10,365 nt of DNA from Armatimonadota bacterium. Its GTDB lineage: Bacteria > Armatimonadota > Armatimonadia > Armatimonadales > Armatimonadaceae. The notes beneath the pieces are model-generated. The model did no database searches and was not told the origin of the DNA. It saw nothing but the letters and a program-made list of their open reading frames with translations. Where the stretch lies: NCBI GenBank assembly GCA_043754515.1, contig JAYUUO010000195.1, forward strand, positions 1 through 10,365, given 5' to 3'. The position numbers were made by a program, and so were the translations under genes. Positions 1 to 6,423 of this stretch are shown in pieces. Numbering within the stretch: position 1 is the first letter of the stretch; the number at the start of each line of letters is the position of its first letter.

Positions 1-24
1 GTGGTGTTGCGCCGCAAGAAGTAG
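1..24 (+). CDS. 3' end of an upstream gene (…VVLRRKK*), possibly a PEP-CTERM-like sorting tail; partial
   Basis: Frame 1 reads gtg gtg ttg cgc cgc aag aag tag: hydrophobic residues, a basic cluster, then a stop, about 22 nt before a + strand terminator. Only 7 codons are visible. Confidence 0.4.
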   Translation: MVLRRKK

Positions 25-46
25 CCAATCGCTACTAGCTCGGTAG

Positions 47-86
47 ATAGCCGCCACGGGTATCCAACCCCGTGGCGGCTATTTTT
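47..86 (+). terminator. Rho-independent terminator
   Basis: Perfect 14-bp stem ATAGCCGCCACGGG (47-60) / CCCGTGGCGGCTAT (69-82) with an 8-nt loop and a T-run at 82-86. GGTAG (42-46) can also pair with CTACC (87-91). Confidence 0.85.
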
Positions 87-134
87 CTACCTGACAGTGC
101 CCTCGCTCCCTGGCGACGGATGCCGCTATTACAC

Positions 135-163
135 GAAACGATACGCGGGTGAGTCGCGTCTGA
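135..163 (+). promoter_or_regulatory. Possible ECF-sigma-type promoter for the porin gene
   Basis: GAAAC (135-139), 17 nt, CGTCTGA (157-163) resembles ECF -35 AAC / -10 CGTC motifs. It lies between the terminator and the porin start. Short motif, so it could be chance. Confidence 0.25.
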
Positions 164-176
164 AAAGGAACTAACC

Positions 177-1412
177 GTGACCCATTTCACCCGTTCCTTT
201 CCCCTTGCCATCATGGGGCTAGCATCCCTACTCGCTTTCGCCGCGCCGGTCTGCGCCCGCCAAACCCCCACGCCTCCGGCTCCCAAGTCGCCCCCCCCTC
301 CCGCCGCCCACCCGGAGCCGACGCCCAAAGTTGCGCCGCAACCAGTAGACGGGGGCGACGGCTCGACCTCACCGGTGCCGCGAACCTCCACCCTGTATCC
401 CGGCTCCACCGTGCGGCAGTTTCGCGGAAAGGATAACTTCGGCTACCGGTTCGAGGGCGATTTGCGCTACCGGAGCGTCACCGGGCAGGGCGAGAACAGC
501 GGCACGTACCTGTCCGCCGGACGGCTGACCGGTGACTGGGTGCGAGCGAATCCGCTCAACCGTGACGAACGCGGCGGGGTACGACTCCAGGCGTTGCTCG
601 AAACCGACCAGCGCGGCACCGCCATCAAGAAGATACGCCTCTCCGAAGCGTACGGCTACTACACGTTCCTCTCCGGGGGCGTCTCCGCCCGCGCCCGCGT
701 CGGCCAGTTCGTCATCCCGTTCGGACTGCTAGCGGTCTACGACACCCCGCTACAGCCGATCCAAACGCTTTACGAGAAGGCACTCGGCTTGCGCGTGGAC
801 ACTGGTATGATGCTCGAAGGGCGGTACGGTGACTACCGCTACGCGGGGTCCGTCACCACCGGCACCGGACCGAACCGCTTGCAATTGGAGAGCAACTCGA
901 TCATCGCCTTCCGCCTCGCCCGCTCCGTAAACCTCCCGAAGATCGGACCCGCCGAGATAGGCGGGTCGCTCCTATCGGGCAAACTACCACGCACCAACTT
1001 CGACACGGTATTACCCCCGTCCGGCACGGTGGAGGCGCACGCGACAGTGAAGTCCACCCGCTTCGCCGCCGACGCGCAACTCTTCCGCGACCCGTGGACG
1101 TTGCGCGGCGAGCTGGTTTTCGGCGGGAACGAGAACAATCCGGTGTTCGGGTACTACGCGGAGGGCAACTACCGCGTCAGCCGCGACTTCGCCGCCGTCG
1201 CTTACAACCGTCGCTGGGACTTCACGAACACGCCGAGTAGCGCGACCGCGCTGGGCATAGGCGGACAATACACGCCGCCGATCCGCCTGGACGAACGGTT
1301 CTTCTGGACGTTTCGGGTACTCTTCGAGTACGAGCGAAACGTCCCCGAGTCGGGGCAGGACAGCGTGCAGATCTTCCACCGGTTGACGCTCCAGACTTTT
1401 ATCCGGTACTAG
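177..1412 (+). CDS. Outer-membrane beta-barrel porin, OprO/OprP (phosphate-selective porin)-like
   Basis: RBS AAAAGGA before the GTG start. Sec signal peptide (…LLAFAAPVCA), Pro-rich linker, then amphipathic beta-strands with family-like motifs LSEAYGYY, RVGQFVIPFG, RVDTGMMLEG, TGTGPN, LRGELVFG and GYYAEGNY. Ends in an aromatic BAM-type strand (RLTLQTFIRY). Confidence 0.8.
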   Translation: MTHFTRSFPLAIMGLASLLAFAAPVCARQTPTPPAPKSPPPPAAHPEPTPKVAPQPVDGGDGSTSPVPRTSTLYPGSTVRQFRGKDNFGYRFEGDLRYRSVTGQGENSGTYLSAGRLTGDWVRANPLNRDERGGVRLQALLETDQRGTAIKKIRLSEAYGYYTFLSGGVSARARVGQFVIPFGLLAVYDTPLQPIQTLYEKALGLRVDTGMMLEGRYGDYRYAGSVTTGTGPNRLQLESNSIIAFRLARSVNLPKIGPAEIGGSLLSGKLPRTNFDTVLPPSGTVEAHATVKSTRFAADAQLFRDPWTLRGELVFGGNENNPVFGYYAEGNYRVSRDFAAVAYNRRWDFTNTPSSATALGIGGQYTPPIRLDERFFWTFRVLFEYERNVPESGQDSVQIFHRLTLQTFIRY

Positions 1413-1416
1413 TCGT

Positions 1417-1443
1417 GGGGTGCCGGGCCGGAACCCGCATCCC
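1417..1443 (+). other. GC-rich hairpin just after the porin stop (possible weak terminator or mRNA 3' stabiliser)
   Basis: GGGGTGCCGGG (1417-1427) pairs with CCCGCATCCC (1434-1443) with one G-U pair and one bulge. No U-tract follows. Confidence 0.3.
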
Positions 1444-1518
1444 ATAAGCAGGTTCGTGGTCGAGCCTCCTCCGGGAGGAAATGATCTATACCGAAAAATG
1501 CTCGCGGCCTGAACTTCC

Positions 1519-1529
1519 TGTGGTACACT
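1519..1529 (+). promoter_or_regulatory. Possible extended -10 promoter for the accessory cassette
   Basis: TGTG-G-TACACT matches TRTG-n-TAnnnT about 55 nt upstream of GTG 1583. No convincing -35 element. Confidence 0.3.
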
Positions 1530-1582
1530 ACACATATAGTCTATAGGACTACATCTACTGCCTTGGAAGGAACGCGGTTATT

Positions 1583-2414
1583 GTGCAGAAGCCTTTCAGC
1601 TATGGCAGCACACGAGTAGTCCCGACATTCACGTTAGATGGGTTTTTAAGACTCGATAGCAACGGACATCGCATCACTAAGATCGTCCCGTGGACGACAG
1701 ATGACCAGCCATACATATATTTTGGAAGTGGGAATAAGAGTGGCGAAGTCGAAGTTGACGCAGGCTTGACATACCAAGCGACTCCATCCGGCAAGAAGTA
1801 TTGGCGTCCCTTCCTGAATTACCATGACCGCGCCCGAGATCGGCGTAGTCTTCTTCTCACCCCGACACGGAGTGGCATGGTCGAGCAGAGCCTGTTCGAT
1901 CCTGGTGATTCGGTATCCATGAACTACTGGGTGCGCGGGGCGACAACTACAGAAAAGGGAACAAATCGGTATCACCCAGAAGGCAGCAGCCGCAGTGGTG
2001 TATCTAGAGGTTGGCCATGAGTACGTTCCGAGTATAACCATAGCAGCGATTGTCAAGGGCCACAAGGTCAACAAAAACGACTTCCGAATGAAGCGATGTA
2101 ACTCGATCGCACAAACGTTCTCGGCTCAGGAGAAACCCGATGTGAACAGAAAGCCTTCACCGTCGGAGCCCGATAAGGTTGACTACGACCGAGGATTTCG
2201 CAAGACGGGTACCTATATACGTTATGCAGGTTGGAACGGGATTAGGTTACACGACACTGTTAACGATAGTGGCCCCTCTGTCCTCTGGCTCGCAACCAAT
2301 GCTGTGACTTTGGAACGAACCGATTTCCCGGACGACGGTAGTATAAGTTACGTGTTCTTATTCGGCGCAACCTATTACAATGAGTACAATATCTCCATCA
2401 AGATGCAACCATAA
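1583..2414 (+). pseudogene. YrpD/YncM-like (concanavalin-like beta-sandwich) protein split by a +1 frameshift; no signal peptide, probably 5'-truncated
   Basis: ORF 1583-2020 carries PYIYFG…EVDAGLTY…YWRPF…FDPGDSVSMNY, resembling my recollection of B. subtilis YrpD (PYIYSG…EADIGLQY…WKP…FRPGSTVQM). The next frame is open from 1923 to 2414 and continues protein-like (…VVYLEV…MKRCNSIAQ…). Removing one base gives about 276 aa. Sampled 60-nt blocks are 45-47% GC. Confidence 0.6.
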
Positions 2415-3783
2415 CAAGGGTATTTATCTGTTGGTCCTTATGGAGGCGGTGCTCGGAGCGGGTGCCGCCGCCGAGCCGCCCGCGCGGGTGCCTCCCGCCT
2501 CCATCCAGTCGGCGAGTGTGCCTCCCGCCCCCATCCGGTCGGCTCGGGAGGCGGGCAACGCCCCGCGCGGGCGGTTCTTCTACGTCTGCGAACACCGCGC
2601 CAACGCCGTGTTTGCCGTTGACGTGTCCGATCTGCCCCGCCCGAACCCTACGCCCCCGGCCCGCCCCCTTACTCTGCTCGCCCCCGATGTCCCCGGAGGC
2701 ACCCTCCCGCAACGCTTCATGCAACGGGACGCGGACAACCGATACAGCATACATGGTTTCCCTCCCCCGGATCACGAGGTATATTTGAGGAGAGTGGATT
2801 ACGACGGCACACATGTCACCGCGTCGCTCTATTCCAACAAAAAGGACAGTGCCGTAGTGTTTCGGATCGGCTCCCGGAACGGCAGGGTGGAGAAGCTACC
2901 CCTCGGGGACGTTGGCCTGAACGTCCTCCCGTCCCCCTACTCTCCTCTTATCGGGGCGGGTTTATCGGACGAACCCCACTTTCCGGCGTTCTATGACACG
3001 CGAGCGGGGCGAACGCTTAGCATCCTCCCCTCCGGCCCGAACTTCGGCGGCTGGTGGGGCTGGCTGGGGGAGCGCGGCGTCACCTACTTCGACAAGCGCA
3101 CCGGCAAGTTCCGGATCATCTCTGTCACCACTGGCAAGGAGACGGGCAACGTGTTCGTGCCAGGCGGGGGAGTGAACTACACGGTGGACAGCGACCGCGC
3201 CTACCTGGTGTTCAAGGCGGGCGACTACATCGGCATCGTCGGCGCGGACGGGAAGCCGAGCCGGATCGTCTTCCCGCCGACGTCCGACAGCCCTACCCTG
3301 CCGCCCTCTGAGTTGAGTATCTTCTGGTCGCCGGATCGCCGCGAGGAGCGGTTCGCGTTCCGGGCGATGGACGAGTTCGACCTCCGGCAGGAGAGCCAGA
3401 TGACGTTCGTGGAGTCGCACTCCCCCGACGCCGGTTTCGGGCACTACGCCTATAACTTCGGCGTGGCGCGTCGTGCGCGGGGGTCTGCGCGGTGGGTCGT
3501 GTCCTACCTGACTCAGTACCGCGAACTCATGCGGTGCCGCGGCGATGTTAAGTTGGTCGGGTGGCTGGACACGAACCACCTCCTGCTGTTGCGCGACTCG
3601 GAGAATGTGGAACATACCACGCCGGTGAAGCCGACCCTGGTGTCCTACGACGTTCGTAGTAAGCACAGCGAGGTCGTGGCGACCCTGCCCGACTACCTAC
3701 TCAGCTACACATGGTCGGTACGCACGCGGGCGGAATCGCCACCGGTCAGGCACGGGAAATACCGTGCCCGCGTCACACTCTGA
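2380..3783 (+). CDS. Exported hypothetical protein, probable TolB/WD40-like beta-propeller
   Basis: 467-aa ORF overlapping the previous stop by 35 nt. Signal-like N-terminus (KGIYLLVLMEAVLGAGAAA|EPP), Pro-rich linker and blade-like motifs (FWSPDRRE, LVGWLDTNHLLL, LVSYDVRS, SYTWS). The GC-rich body looks coding. Confidence 0.7.
   Translation: MSTISPSRCNHNKGIYLLVLMEAVLGAGAAAEPPARVPPASIQSASVPPAPIRSAREAGNAPRGRFFYVCEHRANAVFAVDVSDLPRPNPTPPARPLTLLAPDVPGGTLPQRFMQRDADNRYSIHGFPPPDHEVYLRRVDYDGTHVTASLYSNKKDSAVVFRIGSRNGRVEKLPLGDVGLNVLPSPYSPLIGAGLSDEPHFPAFYDTRAGRTLSILPSGPNFGGWWGWLGERGVTYFDKRTGKFRIISVTTGKETGNVFVPGGGVNYTVDSDRAYLVFKAGDYIGIVGADGKPSRIVFPPTSDSPTLPPSELSIFWSPDRREERFAFRAMDEFDLRQESQMTFVESHSPDAGFGHYAYNFGVARRARGSARWVVSYLTQYRELMRCRGDVKLVGWLDTNHLLLLRDSENVEHTTPVKPTLVSYDVRSKHSEVVATLPDYLLSYTWSVRTRAESPPVRHGKYRARVTL
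2488..2543 (+). repeat. In-frame 30-bp tandem duplication (VPPASIQSAS / VPPAPIRSAR)
   Basis: gtgcctcccgcctccatccagtcggc (2488) vs gtgcctcccgcccccatccggtcggc (2518): 24/26 identical. Confidence 0.85.
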
Positions 3784-3887
3784 TACGGGTCGCCACCCCG
3801 CTCCCGGGACGTGGGGAGGATGGGGGGCATTGAGGAAGAGCAACCGGAGGCGGGCGGAATGCCTCGTGAGGAAGGGGAAGATGGGAA

Positions 3888-5102
3888 ATGAGCAACGTCA
3901 GCAACACACGATCCGGTGCGCCTCACAATATCCGGCGAACTATCGGCATTCGACTGTTCCGCGCATGCGTCATCGTTTTGCAGATGTTTCTGCTCGCGTG
4001 GACGCCCTCGACAAACGGCACCGATTCAGGCGGGGGTACCGATTCAGTGCGGTCGCCACTCCCCCCTTCGGTAAGCACCACGCTGATATATTCCCAGGGC
4101 GAGAACGGGGTAGTCTGCCACACCGGCAGTAGCGTGTTGAAGGCGTTTACGGTTAATGCTGGTCGTAGGATCTGTCGCGATTTCGCTTCGCTTCCACCCA
4201 ACGACTGGCTGACCGTTTCGCCGACAGGCAAGTTCGCGGCGTGGGCGGACTCGTTAGGCGGGCGCGTGTCCGTGGGCATCATTCGAGGCGGGAAGGTATT
4301 GGAGGCGCGGTCACTTCCGCGATCTGAGGGACTACGCCTCGAGTCCTGGTCGCCTAAAGGAGATCAGCTGTTGCTCGTAGGAAAAGAAACACAACAAATG
4401 CCGCGAAGGGTTTATCTCGTAGCACATGCCGATCTGGGGACGGCAGAGGTGGTGGACAATTCCGCGGCCGGGAATGGTGTGACTTCGGTATTTTGGTCCA
4501 TAGATGGGCGGTCTCTCGTTTTCGCGTCTGACACTGGGGAGACCTTGAGAAACGGTTCAGGACGGGAGAGTTGCCTCCGACTCTGGCGGTGCGACGCCGC
4601 TTCTTTCGCGGGGGGCGCATCAAGCGTCCTCCGTCTGACTCCCCTTACGCCGCGCGACGCGACGTGTCTTCTGGGTAACGTCTTCCCCGCCGTCTGGTCT
4701 GTTTGGGTAAAGGCACCCCCTGAGTACGGGCCACGCGACATTCCGGTGACCGTTATCTCTCCCTCGGGTGAAAGGGCACTGATCATCGGCGAGCCGATCA
4801 AGAGATCGTGCCCTACCTTCGAGGAAGACCCGCTCGCATATCAGGCCCCCCCCATTGCATACCGCGCGTTCCTATGTGATGGCAAGGGCACGCGGCAAGT
4901 CACCCTGAGTCCGCGGATAGGGGGCAGGGTGGATGGTTTCACCTGGAGCAGAGATGAACACTGGATTCAGACGCTGGCCGGGGGCGGGTGGATATTGATT
5001 AATGTGTCGGGGGATCATCCAATCGAACAGAAGATTGCTTTGCCACACGCGCTACGAGGAACGTCGCGCCAGTTAATCACACCAGGAGAGAATCAGCCAT
5101 AA
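3888..5102 (+). CDS. Exported TolB/PD40-like beta-propeller protein; paralogue of 5138-6226
   Basis: 404 aa with a purine-rich RBS region. Basic then hydrophobic N-terminus (RRTIGIRLFRACVIVLQMFLLAW). Repeated blade motifs VSPTGK, SWSPKGDQLL, FWSIDGRSLVF, ISPSGERAL and TWSRDEHW. Confidence 0.75.
   Translation: MSNVSNTRSGAPHNIRRTIGIRLFRACVIVLQMFLLAWTPSTNGTDSGGGTDSVRSPLPPSVSTTLIYSQGENGVVCHTGSSVLKAFTVNAGRRICRDFASLPPNDWLTVSPTGKFAAWADSLGGRVSVGIIRGGKVLEARSLPRSEGLRLESWSPKGDQLLLVGKETQQMPRRVYLVAHADLGTAEVVDNSAAGNGVTSVFWSIDGRSLVFASDTGETLRNGSGRESCLRLWRCDAASFAGGASSVLRLTPLTPRDATCLLGNVFPAVWSVWVKAPPEYGPRDIPVTVISPSGERALIIGEPIKRSCPTFEEDPLAYQAPPIAYRAFLCDGKGTRQVTLSPRIGGRVDGFTWSRDEHWIQTLAGGGWILINVSGDHPIEQKIALPHALRGTSRQLITPGENQP
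4017..4047 (+). repeat. In-frame 18-bp-period duplication (GTDSGG / GTDSVR)
   Basis: ggcaccgattcag (4017) vs ggtaccgattcag (4035): 12/13 identical. Confidence 0.65.
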
Positions 5103-5137
5103 CTACCCTGAACATATTCAGTCTACTAAACACATGG

Positions 5138-6226
5138 GTGCGAGCTGTTGTAGTGCTTCTGACAGCCCTGATAGCCACCGGGGGAGTCACCTGGTGCGCA
5201 CCGTCGCATCCCCCTGCCAAAAGCAGACCGTCAATATACTTCATAAAGTACAAAGTAGGCGGTGGCGTGGACGTTGCCTGGTGGAACGATGATGCCTGGT
5301 GGCATGACGGCAAGTCGAGTGTCCGGCAACTTCTTCCGTCTCTCGATTGTACTCATTCGTGGGTCTCACCAAGTTTCAACAGTGCTATTTTCATTAAGCA
5401 AAAGGCGTATAGGGGTAAGACGAGCAACATACTTTTTGTGACTTCGGTCTCGTTGGCGAAGAGACGGGTGGTTCGGGTCGCACAGTGCTCGTCATCCGCC
5501 GAGCTGATCTCATGGTCTCGCGACGGTAGGTACGCGCTGTTTAACGATCTCGATAGCCTCTACGAGGGCTACTTCGTGGTTGACACAGTTGCGGGGAAGC
5601 CCCTATGGGTGCGCACGGGGGCGGTCGAGACCCTACTCATTCTCTGGTCGCTACGCGGTGATCAACTCGTTCTAGTGGGGGCGACTAACGGTCATCGGAG
5701 GTTCTACCGGGTTGAACTTCCGAAGCGGGGTAGACGATCCGTTTGTCGAATGGTGCCGCTGACGGACGCGGGAACCGACGCATTGTTAGGGAACGCCTTG
5801 CGGCCCGCCGCAGATCGGGTGATCTACGACTCGGGCATGTCCACCGACGCGGGCCTTTCAACGTCTATAGCGGTCTCCCCTTCAGGCAAAGTGTTCGCGT
5901 TCGGTAGATACTTCCATAAACGGATGCCGGACTGGGCCCCTCCTGACGTGCTACAGTACTACTTCTTCGACGGGAGGGCTTTGCGGGTTCACTCAATGGA
6001 GAACCCATTCGATACACCCGCGTCCCAGGCCCCGATCTGGTCACGCGATGAAAAGTTCGTGTATTTACTAACCGGCGAATATTTATTCTCCATATCCTAT
6101 CCGGGTGGGGTGACGCACAGGTATCCCCTCTCGGGAGATCTCGAAGGAACGTTTCAGATCGCCATCACGCGCCCGACCGCGACGGTCACCCCGCCTGTTC
6201 ATCCGCCACGGATCAACCGGCGATAG
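5138..6226 (+). CDS. Exported TolB/PD40-like beta-propeller protein; paralogue of 3888-5102 (ancestral start possibly at 5099)
   Basis: 362 aa with signal peptide MRAVVVLLTALIATGGVTWC. Blade motifs WVSPSF, SWSRDGRYALF, LWSLRGDQLVL, VSPSGKVFAF and IWSRDEKFVY. Confidence 0.75.
   Translation: MRAVVVLLTALIATGGVTWCAPSHPPAKSRPSIYFIKYKVGGGVDVAWWNDDAWWHDGKSSVRQLLPSLDCTHSWVSPSFNSAIFIKQKAYRGKTSNILFVTSVSLAKRRVVRVAQCSSSAELISWSRDGRYALFNDLDSLYEGYFVVDTVAGKPLWVRTGAVETLLILWSLRGDQLVLVGATNGHRRFYRVELPKRGRRSVCRMVPLTDAGTDALLGNALRPAADRVIYDSGMSTDAGLSTSIAVSPSGKVFAFGRYFHKRMPDWAPPDVLQYYFFDGRALRVHSMENPFDTPASQAPIWSRDEKFVYLLTGEYLFSISYPGGVTHRYPLSGDLEGTFQIAITRPTATVTPPVHPPRINRR
5275..5302 (+). repeat. In-frame 18-bp-period duplication (AWWNDD / AWWHDG)
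   Basis: tgcctggtgg occurs exactly at 5275-5284 and 5293-5302. Confidence 0.6.
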
Positions 6227-6267
6227 AAACTCACTCGCGACTGTGGAAAATATGTCCTCCTAAACCC

Positions 6268-6297
6268 TTGCATTGCGGCATAACTTTAGCGTAGAAT
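6268..6297 (+). promoter_or_regulatory. Sigma70-type promoter for the amidase-GerMN-murI operon
   Basis: TTGCAT (6268-6273), 18 nt, TAGAAT (6292-6297) in AT-richer intergenic DNA upstream of the operon. Confidence 0.6.
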
Positions 6298-6423
6298 TGC
6301 GGTACCTGTCTATCAGCAGTTCCTTGCTACGCCAGAAAAGGACAATGACAGGGCATGTTTCGGGCCGCTCATCCGTGTCACGCCCGACGGACATGCCGCG
6401 TTATATGCTCACGAAAGGACGCC

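Noticed and set aside
1953..1959. AAAAGGG as a programmed -1 frameshift signal
   Set aside because: Joining the two ORFs needs a +1 shift, not -1, and I see no clear stimulatory structure.
2406..5102. Both the YrpD-like ORF and ORF 3888 end in QP* (caaccataa / cagccataa)
   Set aside because: A 9-nt similarity with no flanking homology. The ATA at 2411 is not in frame with the next gene, so this is probably coincidence.
1413..6260. Integrative or mobile element with att sites or target-site duplication
   Set aside because: No integrase, transposase or tRNA is present. The only shared border words (ctcgcg, ctgtgg near 1501-1523 and 6234-6246) are too short to be significant.
6355..6423. Longer amidase start at 6355
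   Set aside because: It adds a Cys/Arg-rich extension ahead of the signal peptide. ATG 6424 has an RBS and gives a normal leader.
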